Origin: a bacterium
GTDB lineage: Bacteria > Patescibacteriota > Minisyncoccia > Phycocordibacterales > UBA5272
DNA length: 38,577 nucleotides
Direction: 5' to 3'
Assembly (NCBI GenBank): GCA_023267475.1
Contig: JAHFND010000001.1
Coordinates: forward strand, 1-38,577
The translations under genes were made by a program, and so were the position numbers. Every line of letters begins with the position of its first letter. Position 1 is the stretch's first letter. Of this stretch, positions 1 through 8,762 are shown in pieces. The notes beneath the pieces were generated by a model. That model did no database searches. It was not told where the DNA came from and worked only from the letters and a program-made list of their open reading frames with translations.

Positions 1-300
1 TATAAAGAGAAAGATATTAAACGTCTTATGAATGATGAAAAAATTATTCGTAATTCTCTTAAGATTAATTCTGCGATTTATAATGCAAAAGAAATTTTAA
101 AAATTCAAAAAGAATTTGGAAATTTTAGGAAATGGTTAGATATGAATGGTAAAGATATAAAACATGATAAAGAAAAATGGGTTAAATTATTTAAAAAACA
201 TTTTAAGTTTGTAGGAGGGGAGATAGTTGGAGAGTTTTTAATGAGTATAGATATGTTACCAAATTCACATGATAAGAATTGTTATGTTTATAAGAAATAG
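1..300 (+). CDS. tag: DNA-3-methyladenine glycosylase I (Tag), C-terminal part; 5' end lies outside the window
   Basis: Frame 1 is open from base 1 (YKEKDIKRLMNDEKIIRNSLKINSAIYNAKE...HFKFVGGEIVGEFLMSIDMLPNSHDKNC). It is collinear with the C-terminal half of E. coli Tag (..GIIRHRGKIQAIIGNARAYL..GFKFVGTTICYSFMQACGLVNDHVVGC). TAG stop at 298-300. Confidence 0.8.
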   Translation, partial: YKEKDIKRLMNDEKIIRNSLKINSAIYNAKEILKIQKEFGNFRKWLDMNGKDIKHDKEKWVKLFKKHFKFVGGEIVGEFLMSIDMLPNSHDKNCYVYKK

Positions 301-332
301 CTTGTTATTTTATTAAATGTTATATTTGTAAT

Positions 333-520
333 TGACCAGATAATCGGTCGAATCCTACAACCAAGAGAGATCGGAGGTGCACCATGAAAAAGTCCCCCTT
401 CATCAACCTCAGGCCTGGTTCGGGCTAGATGCCCTGGTGGCAAAGAAGAAAGCCGCAAAGAAGTAGGCAGTAATAAAGTCCTCCGCACGCAAATAATCGC
501 GTGACGGGGGACAAGCTATT
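333..520 (+). ncRNA. Candidate structured non-coding RNA, family unassigned
   Basis: By hand count 84 of 160 nt (361-520) are G/C, in an AT-rich genome. Extended -10 TGtTATATT at 318-326. Two 5-bp hairpins share near-identical 8-nt loops (333-350 loop AGAUAAUC; 486-503 loop AAAUAAUC). Hairpins at 407-431 and 436-456. Long-range complements gtccccc 392-398 / gggggac 506-512 and cggagg 372-377 / cctccg 480-485. All wobble pairs are G-U on the + strand and would be A/C mismatches on the - strand. The ORFs here (288..488, 409..702) look spurious. Confidence 0.35.
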
Positions 521-541
521 TTATGGTAGAATACTCCTACT

Positions 542-2542
542 ATGAAGACGAAAACATTGGCACTATCACAAAAGGATTTCGCCTGGGTAAAGATGACCAG
601 AGCGTATATGGAAAAGACTGCAAAGGCATATATTGAACACAAGAAAAAAGTGTATGCAGAGATAAAAAGTATTCCAAAAAATGAGCGTACATTTTTAAAC
701 ACTCTTTATGCTCTAGAGAGATGTGATGATAAGTTTGATAATTTTTTAGGTAAGATGCACTTACTTTCTGAAGTGTCTACAAATAAAGAAATAAGAGAAG
801 CTGGGAATAAAGTTGCCACAGAATCATCAGAGAAACTCATTGATGTGGAATACGATAAGGGAATGTTTTTGGCTGTAAAAGAATATTACGAAGACAATTT
901 AAAAAAAGAAAAGAAATCATTGCGAAAAGAGGATATTAAACTTCTAGAAGAGACATATCGTGAATATAAAAGAATGGGCTTTGATCTTCCAGATAAAACT
1001 CAGAAGAGATTAAAGACTCTGATGAAAAAATTATCGAAGCTTTCTATTTCTTTTCGTAAGAATATAAATGATTATCAGGATTATATTCTTTGCACGGAGG
1101 AAGATTTGGGCGGTTTGTCAGAAAGGTTTATATCATCTCTACCAAGACATACAGATGGTAGATATATAGTCTCACTACAGTATCCTCATATGTTACCTTT
1201 TATGTCAGAGTCTAGTAATAGAGAAAAAAGAAAGGAGTTAGCTTTAAAAAATCTAAAGAAAGGTGGCATAAAAAATCTAAAAATAATTGAAGAGATAGTA
1301 AAATTGCGTCACGAAGTATCTGAGATATTAGGGTACAAACATCATGCAGATTTTAGAACGGAGAATCGCATGGCAAAGAAAGGTGAGATAGTCGAAAAGT
1401 TTCAGGAAGAGTTATTGAAGAGCATAAGTCCTCTCGTTAAGAAAGATATGGCACTACTTCGTGAACATGCAAAAGCTATTGGTATAAAAAAATTGGAACA
1501 TTATGATGTAGCTTATATTTCTAATCTTCTCAAGAAAAAATTGTATGATGTAAATCAAGAAGAAGAGCGTCAATATTTTGAATATGAACATGTTCGTGAT
1601 GAAATGTTTAAAATGTTCGGCACTCTGTTTGGTATTTCTATAAATAAGACTAATATAAAACTTTGGCACAAAGATGTAAATCTATATCAGGTGAATGATA
1701 AAGATAGAACATTAATTGGATATTTTGCTATGGATATGTTTCCTCGTGAAGGTAAATTTGGACATGCAATGTTATCTGATTTTGTCACTTCTCATGAGAG
1801 TGGTTATAGAAAAGAAGAATATATAGCACCAGTATCTTGTATTGTTTGTAATTTTCCAAGTCCAACAAAGAAAGCACCGACACTTTTGTCTATAGCTGAA
1901 ATAGAGACATTATTTCATGAATTCGGTCACTGCATGCATGCGACATTATCAAGAGTTAGAATTGAATCTCAATCTGGTACTAATGTGGCCTGGGACTTCG
2001 TGGAGACTCCTTCACAGATAATGGAAAACTGGATATGGGATAAACAAGTTATATCAAGTTTTTCTAAGCATTATATTACAGGTAAGAAGATGCCAAGTAT
2101 TTTGATTGATAAGATTATACATGCTAAAAAGTTTTTAGGTGCTTATCATTACACTAGACAGTTAATGTTTAGTAAATTAGATATGGATTTACATACAGGC
2201 AAAGTAAGTGATGCTAAAGGTGCTTGGAGAAAGTTAAATAAGATTTACTTTGATTTAGATTTACCAGAAAAGGAGACTCTTTTTCCCGCAGGATTTGGTC
2301 ACTTAGTTGGTTATGATGCAGGGTACTATTCATATCTTTGGGCTCTTGTGTATGCATGTGATGCGTTCGAAGAATTTAAAACAAAAGGAAATAAAAATGT
2401 AATGAAGAATACTGAGATCGGCATGAAGTGGCGTCGTGAAGTATTAGAGAAGGGAAGTAGTGAAAATGAAATAGATTTAGTTAAGAATTTCTTAGGACGT
2501 AAGCCAAGTAATAAAGCATTCTTGAAAGAAATTGGGATATAG
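542..2542 (+). CDS. M3-family zinc metallopeptidase (oligoendopeptidase / thimet-Dcp-PrlC type)
   Basis: 666-aa ORF with the HEXXH zinc motif in LFHEFGHCMHA. The length and C-terminal catalytic domain layout are typical of peptidase family M3. Confidence 0.85.
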   Translation: MKTKTLALSQKDFAWVKMTRAYMEKTAKAYIEHKKKVYAEIKSIPKNERTFLNTLYALERCDDKFDNFLGKMHLLSEVSTNKEIREAGNKVATESSEKLIDVEYDKGMFLAVKEYYEDNLKKEKKSLRKEDIKLLEETYREYKRMGFDLPDKTQKRLKTLMKKLSKLSISFRKNINDYQDYILCTEEDLGGLSERFISSLPRHTDGRYIVSLQYPHMLPFMSESSNREKRKELALKNLKKGGIKNLKIIEEIVKLRHEVSEILGYKHHADFRTENRMAKKGEIVEKFQEELLKSISPLVKKDMALLREHAKAIGIKKLEHYDVAYISNLLKKKLYDVNQEEERQYFEYEHVRDEMFKMFGTLFGISINKTNIKLWHKDVNLYQVNDKDRTLIGYFAMDMFPREGKFGHAMLSDFVTSHESGYRKEEYIAPVSCIVCNFPSPTKKAPTLLSIAEIETLFHEFGHCMHATLSRVRIESQSGTNVAWDFVETPSQIMENWIWDKQVISSFSKHYITGKKMPSILIDKIIHAKKFLGAYHYTRQLMFSKLDMDLHTGKVSDAKGAWRKLNKIYFDLDLPEKETLFPAGFGHLVGYDAGYYSYLWALVYACDAFEEFKTKGNKNVMKNTEIGMKWRREVLEKGSSENEIDLVKNFLGRKPSNKAFLKEIGI

Positions 2543-2648
2543 CCCAATCTACTTTGTTGTGAAGTATTTTTGTTCCCGCAATGTACTACTTGTACATTTT
2601 AGTCACAAAAATACTTCACGCCTCGTATCTTAGGCTATCTACCAATTT
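2529..2648 (+). repeat. Nested-palindrome intergenic repeat, copy A
   Basis: Outer arms aaattgggatatagcc / ggctatctaccaattt (14/16 bp). 5' box caatctactttgttg. Inner stem gaagtatttttgt / acaaaaatacttc. Central hairpin aatgtac-tact-tgtacatt. 3' box cgcctcgtatct. The 5' arm contains the last codons and the TAG stop of the M3 peptidase gene. Confidence 0.8.
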
Positions 2649-2675
2649 CTTTGTCTTGGTTAGCATTTGACTAGA

Positions 2676-2704
2676 TTGATTTTTATAGGTATTTATGGTA
2701 GTAT
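2676..2704 (+). promoter_or_regulatory. Sigma70-like promoter (TTGATT-N17-TAGTAT, with TG extension)
   Basis: ttgatt 2676-2681, a 17-nt spacer ending in tgg, tagtat 2699-2704. It lies upstream of the typA leader. Confidence 0.45.
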
Positions 2705-2726
2705 TTACCTATCTTAAATTAAAAGG

Positions 2727-2766
2727 AAAACCGGCGCGAGCCGATTCTCGTAGCCGGTTTTTCTTT
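2727..2766 (+). terminator. Intrinsic-terminator-like hairpin in the typA leader
   Basis: aaaaccggc 2727-2735 pairs with gccggtttt 2753-2761. There is an inner cgag/ctcg helix, and the hairpin is followed by ttttctttc. It ends only 11 nt before the typA ATG. Confidence 0.6.
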
Positions 2767-2777
2767 CATTAAATATT

Positions 2778-4562
2778 ATGCAACAAGAAATTCGCAACAT
2801 CGCAATAATTGCTCACGTGGACCACGGCAAGACCACTCTTACTGATGCTCTTATGCAACAGTGTGGAACAGGGGAAAAGGGTCAGACTATGGACTCTAAC
2901 CCAATGGAAAAAGAGCGTGGTATTACTATTACAGCGAAGAACACTTCTGTATTGTATAAAGGAACAAAAATAAATATTCTAGATACCCCAGGTCACGCGG
3001 ATTTTGGTTCTGAAGTAGAGCGAGTATTACGTTCTATTGATTGTGTGCTTTTAGTTGTAGATGCACAAGAAGGTCCTATGCCTCAGACTCGTTTCGTATT
3101 GAAGAAGTCTCTTGAACTTGGTCTTAAGCCTATTGTAGTTATAAATAAGATAGACAAACCTGCAGCAGATTGCAGTCGTACACATGACGAAGTTTTTGAA
3201 CTTTTCTTAGAGCTTGGAGCAAATGATGAACAGCTTGATTTCACTACAGTGTATGCAATTGGTCGTGAAGGAGTAGCTATGATGAATGTAGATGATGAAA
3301 GAAAAGATCTTACACCACTACTAGATACAATACTTGCAAAAGTTCCAAAAGCAACAGGAGATAATAATAATCCGTTTGTAGCACAAGTGTTTAATCTTGC
3401 ATACGATAACTTTTTAGGACGTATGGCTATATGTCGTGTTTATGATGGAACTGCAAAAGTAGGAGAAGAAATTATTGTAAAAAAGCCAACAGGGGAGATG
3501 AGAAAAGGACGCATCACAAAGATGTATACATTTCGTGGTATAGAAAGAATTGAAGAAGAAATGGCAGAAGCAGGGGATATTATAATGGTTGCCGGATTTT
3601 CTGATATTTATATTGGAGAAACATTCGTTAAAAATGCAGATCAGAATCCAATGCCTGCAATTGCAATAGACGAACCTACAATCTCTCTTGATTTCTTAGT
3701 GAATGATTCTCCTTTTGCTGGCAAGGAAGGAAAATTTGTGACAGGTCGTCAGATTCGTGATCGTCTTGAAAAAGAAATAGAAATAAACGTTGGACTTCAC
3801 GTTGATTTTAATGCTGATAAATATTTAGTATATGGTCGTGGAGAACTCCACATTGCTGTACTTCTTGAAACAATGCGTCGTGAAGGGTATGAACTTCAAG
3901 TGTCACAACCACAAGTTATTTTTCATGAAAAAGATGGAGTAAAAGAAGAACCATACGAAGAACTTGTTATTGATGTACCTACAGAATTCTCAGGTGCAGT
4001 TATGGAAAAGCTTGGTCGTCGTAAAGCTCAAATTACTGACATGCAGGAAAAGCAAGGTATTACTCGTATAAAAGCAGATATTCCTACTCGTGGTCTTCTA
4101 GGATATAGAGGAGAGTTTGTTATAGACACAAAAGGTCTTGGTATTTTGTCATCACGATTTTCAAAGTTTGGTCCGTATGCAGGAGTTATACAGCGACGTC
4201 TTGTAGGTTCAATGACATCTATGGCTACAGGAAAAGCTTTAGCCTTTTCTCTTTGGAATCTTCAAGAGCGTGGAGTTATTTACATTCTTCCAAATACAGA
4301 AGTGTATGAAGGTATGATTATTGGAAACACATCAAAGGGTGAAGAGATGATGGTAAACCCAACAAAAGGAAAGCAACTTTCTAACATGAGATCTTCTGGT
4401 GCTGATGAGGCAATCACTCTTGTGCCAGCGTGGGAAATAACAATCGAGCGTGGTCTTGAAATAATGAATGCTGATGAATATCTAGAAGTTACACCAAAAT
4501 CAGTGAGACTACGTAAGCAACTTTTAACTGAAAGTGATCGCGCTAAAGCAGGCCGAAAATAA
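2778..4562 (+). CDS. typA: Translational GTPase TypA/BipA
   Basis: 594 aa. G motifs AHVDHGKTT, DTPGHADF, NKIDK. BipA-type domain order and C-terminal domain. Confidence 0.93.
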   Translation: MQQEIRNIAIIAHVDHGKTTLTDALMQQCGTGEKGQTMDSNPMEKERGITITAKNTSVLYKGTKINILDTPGHADFGSEVERVLRSIDCVLLVVDAQEGPMPQTRFVLKKSLELGLKPIVVINKIDKPAADCSRTHDEVFELFLELGANDEQLDFTTVYAIGREGVAMMNVDDERKDLTPLLDTILAKVPKATGDNNNPFVAQVFNLAYDNFLGRMAICRVYDGTAKVGEEIIVKKPTGEMRKGRITKMYTFRGIERIEEEMAEAGDIIMVAGFSDIYIGETFVKNADQNPMPAIAIDEPTISLDFLVNDSPFAGKEGKFVTGRQIRDRLEKEIEINVGLHVDFNADKYLVYGRGELHIAVLLETMRREGYELQVSQPQVIFHEKDGVKEEPYEELVIDVPTEFSGAVMEKLGRRKAQITDMQEKQGITRIKADIPTRGLLGYRGEFVIDTKGLGILSSRFSKFGPYAGVIQRRLVGSMTSMATGKALAFSLWNLQERGVIYILPNTEVYEGMIIGNTSKGEEMMVNPTKGKQLSNMRSSGADEAITLVPAWEITIERGLEIMNADEYLEVTPKSVRLRKQLLTESDRAKAGRK

Positions 4563-4564
4563 TA

Positions 4565-4689
4565 AGAAAATCATAAATCATTTTATCTGCGTTGTTAAAA
4601 GAAATTTTTTCTCCACGCGACGTACTATGTGTACGTCTTGGTCGCAAAAATTTCTTTCGCCTAGCATCTAAAACAATTTCTGCTTTTCT
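4565..4689 (+). repeat. Nested-palindrome intergenic repeat, copy B
   Basis: Starts 3 nt after the typA stop. Outer arms agaaaatcataaatcatttta / taaaacaatttctgcttttct (17/21). 5' box tatctgcgttgtt. Inner stem aaagaaatttttt / aaaaatttcttt. Centre gacgtac-tatgt-gtacgtc. 3' box cgcctagcatct. Confidence 0.8.
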
Positions 4690-4710
4690 TCATGCGTGTA
4701 TACTATATTT

Positions 4711-5214
4711 ATGAAGAAGTTTAATCTGAGTATTAAAGAAAAGAAAATAGTGTATGCAGTCGCGGTGCTATTTCTTATTGTGATTGGTTATTACACCTAC
4801 ACTTGTTTAACTACAAAAGTTTGCGAAGTCGATATTATAAACAAGCTCGTTCGTCATGATGTGACAATAACAGCACCATTTGGTGCAGTGGTTGCAGAAG
4901 TCGCAGACACAAGATCTTCTCGTGAACTCGGCCTTTCAGGACGTACTGGTCTTCATATAAATGAAGGTATGCTTTTTATATTTGATGTTCCTGGTAAATA
5001 TGGATTCTGGATGAAGGATATGTTATTTCCAATTGATATTGTTTGGATAAATCAAAATGGAATTATTGTGAAAGGGGAAGAAAATTTAAGTCCAAGCTCT
5101 TATCCAAGTACTTTTATAAATGATTCTGATGCTTCCTATGTTTTAGAACTTGCTGCTGGCTCTATTGAAAGATACGGACTGTACCTTGGTTCGAAAGTTA
5201 AAATAAGTCAGTAA
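4711..5214 (+). CDS. DUF192 domain protein with N-terminal membrane anchor
   Basis: The C-terminal part (GLSGR..MLFIFD..FWMKDMLFPIDIVWI..YVLELAAG) matches the DUF192/COG1430 pattern. I prefer ATG 4711 over the track's GTG 4696, because the -10 box tatact (4699-4704) lies 6 nt upstream of 4711. Confidence 0.75.
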   Translation: MKKFNLSIKEKKIVYAVAVLFLIVIGYYTYTCLTTKVCEVDIINKLVRHDVTITAPFGAVVAEVADTRSSRELGLSGRTGLHINEGMLFIFDVPGKYGFWMKDMLFPIDIVWINQNGIIVKGEENLSPSSYPSTFINDSDASYVLELAAGSIERYGLYLGSKVKISQ

Positions 5215-5220
5215 AAGAAA

Positions 5221-5246
5221 AACAACTCCTTTCGGAGTTGTTTTTC
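5221..5246. terminator. Bidirectional intrinsic terminator
   Basis: aacaactcc-tttc-ggagttgtt has T runs on both strands. It lies between the convergent DUF192 gene (+) and the RNase P RNA (-). Confidence 0.7.
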
Positions 5247-5253
5247 ATATTTT

Positions 5254-5580
5254 TTGTTCTATCTATAAGCCGAATTCTGTCCATGCATTTCTGCACTGTG
5301 TAATCATTTATCTGGGATGTTTGTTACCAAACACCTCAAGCGACACTCCCACTTTCGTGGGCACGGTCTTGCACATACGTAAGGATTTAGCCGTTTCATT
5401 TTTATTTTTCAATAAAACTATTCCAAAATGGAACCCTAGTCTTTCGACATTGGCGTTTCTGCTCGCACCTCTATAATTACTTATGATGGGGGTTACCCAC
5501 TACGCTTGTTAATCAAATAACTATGTGTTCGGACTTTCCTCTCTTTACCAAAGTGAAGAGTAATTACCCAAGTAGAACAA
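5254..5580 (-). ncRNA. rnpB: RNase P RNA (bacterial type)
   Basis: The minus strand reads ..ggtaaagaGAGGAAAGTCCGAACacatag.. (universal P4 5' strand) near the 5' end. It reads ..ggACAGAATTCGGCTTATag.. (P4 3' strand) near the 3' end. P1 is formed by ttgttcta (5' end, complement of plus 5573-5580) pairing with tagaacaa (3' end, complement of plus 5254-5261). GC-enriched, with no convincing ORF. Confidence 0.88.
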
Positions 5581-5682
5581 TAATATTATACAACAAAATT
5601 TATAAAAAAGCAAGGTTCTATTTATTAGATTTATAAATTAATTCGTGCAATTACAAGGTTTTTTTGATAGTATGATAAGACA

Positions 5683-6966
5683 ATGCTTTTCAGGAACTCT
5701 GCAATTTTAGCCATTTTTTCCGCCATTTCATTGCTTTTGGGTATTGTAAGAGATAGACTGCTTGCTCACTATGTAGGTGTCGGATCTGTGCTTGATGTAT
5801 ACAATGCGTCTTTTAGAATTCCTGATTTAATTTATGGTATTTTGTTTTCTTTTGTATCTGCAGTAACAGTAGTGCCTTTTATTACGAAAGCAGTACATGA
5901 CAATGATGATAAAGAACTAGAAGTACGTTTTAATTCACTGCTGTTTTTCTTCAGTGGAGTACTCGTTTTATTTTCTTTGGTAGTCGTTATTACACTTCCT
6001 TTGTTTGCACATTATGTAGTACCTGGATTTAGTTTGGAACAGTTAAGTCTATTTATATTAAGCTCAAGAATACTTATGATACAGCCTTTCTTTTTAGGGT
6101 TGTCAGCTTTAATCTCTTGTCTTGCACAAGTACGTCATCGTTTTATTTTATATGCAACAGCACCTTTGTTTTATACATTAATTATTATTTTATCAATAAT
6201 TTACTTGTATGAACCATACGGATTACTCGGTATTATCTCTGGTGTAGTATTCGGATCATTTGTATCTCTCGTAATCCAATCTTATGTTATGTACAAAGAA
6301 AAGATTTCGATATCTTATTCGATGTTTGATTGGAATGTTCTAAAAGAACATCTATCAAATGCAATTCCTCGCTCTGGATCTCTGATAATATCTCGATTTA
6401 GAGATGTTATATTCGCTGCAATAGCTACATCTATCGGTGCAGGAGTACTTTCAGTTTATGTTTTTGCTCAGCGTGTTATGGATTCTTTTATCCAAGTAGT
6501 GGTTCAAAGCGCTTCAACCGCATCTTTGCCTCATCTTGCTAAACATCACTCTGACGGGGAAGTAAAAGAGTATAAAAACTTACTTACTAAAAATATATTG
6601 ATTATATTTTCTTTATCTTGTATAGCTTCAATTGTTTGTCTGACTATGCCACATTTGATTGTAAGTATTTTGTATGGAACAGGAAAAGGGACTGAAGAAA
6701 TTGTTTCTTTAATTATTTTACTTGCATATAGTTTGCCGTCTTATGCAATAAATATTTATTTTGTGAGTGCATTTAATGCTTCTAAGAATGGTAATGGGTT
6801 ATTCTTGGCAAATTTATTTGCTAGTACTTCAGGAGTAATTGTCTTGTATACGTCTTATTTAAAGGGCTATGGAATTAATTCCCTGGCTTATGCTACATGG
6901 GCAGTAAGTATTTTTTATTTACTTGGCCTGGTCTATTTTTATAATAATAGACGTAAAACAATATAG
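5683..6966 (+). CDS. murJ: Lipid II flippase MurJ/MviN (MOP superfamily)
   Basis: 427-aa polytopic protein. The N-terminus ..SAISLLLGIVRDRLLAHYVGVGSVLDVYNASFRIPDLIY.. is the characteristic MurJ signature region. Confidence 0.85.
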   Translation: MLFRNSAILAIFSAISLLLGIVRDRLLAHYVGVGSVLDVYNASFRIPDLIYGILFSFVSAVTVVPFITKAVHDNDDKELEVRFNSLLFFFSGVLVLFSLVVVITLPLFAHYVVPGFSLEQLSLFILSSRILMIQPFFLGLSALISCLAQVRHRFILYATAPLFYTLIIILSIIYLYEPYGLLGIISGVVFGSFVSLVIQSYVMYKEKISISYSMFDWNVLKEHLSNAIPRSGSLIISRFRDVIFAAIATSIGAGVLSVYVFAQRVMDSFIQVVVQSASTASLPHLAKHHSDGEVKEYKNLLTKNILIIFSLSCIASIVCLTMPHLIVSILYGTGKGTEEIVSLIILLAYSLPSYAINIYFVSAFNASKNGNGLFLANLFASTSGVIVLYTSYLKGYGINSLAYATWAVSIFYLLGLVYFYNNRRKTI

Positions 6967-6968
6967 CT

Positions 6969-8762
6969 ATGGAAATTCGAAACTTTTCAATCATCGCGCA
7001 TATTGATCACGGTAAATCTACTCTTGCAGATAGATTACTTGAAGTTACTGCGACTATAGATAAACGTCACATGAAGGAACAAGTATTAGACAATATGGAA
7101 CTTGAACGTGAGCGCGGTATTACTATAAAAATGACACCAGTGCGCATGGAATATAAATCAAATGACGGGAAAGTTTATAATCTAAACTTGATAGATACTC
7201 CAGGGCACATAGATTTCTCTTATGAAGTATCACGATCACTTCGCGCAGTGGAGGGGACACTTTTACTTGTTGATTCTACTCAAGGTGTGCAGGCGCAGAC
7301 ACTTACTACTCTTGAAATGGCTAAAGAGACAGGCCTCACAATTATTCCAGTTATTACAAAGATAGATAGTCCGCTCGCACACGTAGAAGATGTACAAGAT
7401 GAAATTATAGAAATGCTTCATTGTAAACGTGAAGATATCATTGCTGTGTCTGGTAAGACTGGTGAAGGTGTAAAAGAATTGATTGAAGAAATAATAAAAA
7501 GAGTACCTGCTCCAAAGAGTGAATATGTAGAAGATACAGGCAAGCAAACACGCGCACTTATTTTCGATTTTGAATATAGTAATCATATGGGAGTTATTTT
7601 GTATGTGAGAGTTCTTGATGGAAATGTGAAAGCAGGGGACACATTACTTTTTACACAATCAGAACATAAGTTTATTATTCGAGAAGTAGGTACATTTTCG
7701 CCAGAAAAGAAAGAAAAAGATTCTGTTAAAGCAGGAGAGATTGGATATATAGTTACAGGCATTAAAGAACCAGGTATTGCACGTGTGGGAGATACTGTGA
7801 CTACTTTTTCTAATCCACTCCCAGCTTTTCCTGGATATGCTGAACCTGTACCGATTGTGTTTGCGTCTATCTACCCTGAATCACAAGATGAGTTTGATGA
7901 TTTAAGAAGTTCACTTTCAAAATTGAAGTTATCAGACTCTTCTCTTACTTTTGAAGAAGAATCATCCGGTGCATTAGGACGAGGATTTAGATGTGGTTTT
8001 CTTGGAATGCTTCACTTAGAAATTGTAACTGAGAGATTGAGACGCGAGTTTGATCAAGAGTTAGTGGTAACTACTCCATCTATAACTTACGAGGTTACAT
8101 TAAAGAATGGAGAGGTGGAAATGGTATATACCCCGATACATTTTCCAGATCATGGTCAGTATATATCAGTAAAAGAGCCGTGGATTATTTTAACTCTTAT
8201 CACACCACATGATTATGTAAGTCCACTTATGCAATTATTCCCACCTCATGAAGCAGAAGTTCTTGAACTTAAAGATTGGGGGCACGACAGAGTGCGTATC
8301 ACACTTAATATGCCACTTAGAGAGCTAATGCGTAATTTCTTTAATGAAGTAAAGTCTGCATCGAGCGGGTATGCTTCTATTGTTTATGAAAAAGGTGATA
8401 TGAGACCAGCAGATGTAACACGACTTGATGTATATGTCGCAGAAGAGAGAGTGACTGCATTTTCTCGTGTTATTCCAGAATACCGCACACGTGAGGAGTC
8501 AGAAGAGGTGGTTGAAAAATTGGAGAAAATCTTACCAAGAGAGATGTTTCGCGTAAAGATACAAGCTTATGTAAGAGGACGCATAATAGCATCACGTTCT
8601 ATTGCTCCGATGAAAAAGGATGTGACAGGTTATATGTACGGAGGGGATATTACTCGAAAGATGAAGTTACGTGAAAAGCAAAAGCGCGGAAAAGACAGAA
8701 TGGAAAGAGAGGGAAAGGTTCATATATCACACGATACATTCCTCAATATGATGAAACCATAA
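6969..8762 (+). CDS. lepA: Elongation factor 4 (LepA)
   Basis: 597 aa. AHIDHGKST, DTPGHIDF, TKID motifs. LepA-specific C-terminal domain (..YGGDITRKMKLREKQKRGKDRM..). Confidence 0.95.
   Translation: MEIRNFSIIAHIDHGKSTLADRLLEVTATIDKRHMKEQVLDNMELERERGITIKMTPVRMEYKSNDGKVYNLNLIDTPGHIDFSYEVSRSLRAVEGTLLLVDSTQGVQAQTLTTLEMAKETGLTIIPVITKIDSPLAHVEDVQDEIIEMLHCKREDIIAVSGKTGEGVKELIEEIIKRVPAPKSEYVEDTGKQTRALIFDFEYSNHMGVILYVRVLDGNVKAGDTLLFTQSEHKFIIREVGTFSPEKKEKDSVKAGEIGYIVTGIKEPGIARVGDTVTTFSNPLPAFPGYAEPVPIVFASIYPESQDEFDDLRSSLSKLKLSDSSLTFEEESSGALGRGFRCGFLGMLHLEIVTERLRREFDQELVVTTPSITYEVTLKNGEVEMVYTPIHFPDHGQYISVKEPWIILTLITPHDYVSPLMQLFPPHEAEVLELKDWGHDRVRITLNMPLRELMRNFFNEVKSASSGYASIVYEKGDMRPADVTRLDVYVAEERVTAFSRVIPEYRTREESEEVVEKLEKILPREMFRVKIQAYVRGRIIASRSIAPMKKDVTGYMYGGDITRKMKLREKQKRGKDRMEREGKVHISHDTFLNMMKP

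Noticed and set aside
288-702. ORFs 288..488(-) and 409..702(-) in the track; also the possibility that this GC-rich block is RNase P RNA or tmRNA
   Set aside because: The peptides are low-complexity and have no family resemblance, and 409..702 runs antisense into the M3 peptidase start. 'gaaaaagtcc' only superficially resembles the RNase P P4 motif, and the genuine rnpB is at 5254-5580. The minus-strand GGAUUCGAC (341-349) resembles the tmRNA 5' motif. But there is no GGGG acceptor start upstream, and a ~350-nt tmRNA would have to run through the well-supported tag CDS.
1454-2547. Antisense ORFs inside the M3 peptidase gene (1454..1669, 2326..2547). Similar embedded or antisense ORFs occur inside lepA (7263..7586), valS (12005..13254 set), secA (15051..15344, 15619..15825, 16718..16900, 17393..17783), murF (18321..18620, 18816..19058), pilB (30044..30352), pilC (32254..32472), pilD (34111..34455) and elsewhere.
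   Set aside because: All lie within or opposite long ORFs that have clear conserved motifs. They are short and compositionally biased (AT-rich codons giving I/F/L/K/N-rich peptides), and none has start-site signals. I treat them as frame artefacts.
2581-2670. Possible small peptide encoded in the repeat cores (A: MYYLYILVTKILHASYLRLSTNFFVLVSI; E: MYYVYILVTKNSSASY)
   Set aside because: The frame is not conserved. Copies C, D and F hit a stop within 1-2 codons after the equivalent ATG or ACG, and copy B has no ATG. The similarity between A and E follows from nucleotide conservation of the hairpin, not from coding.
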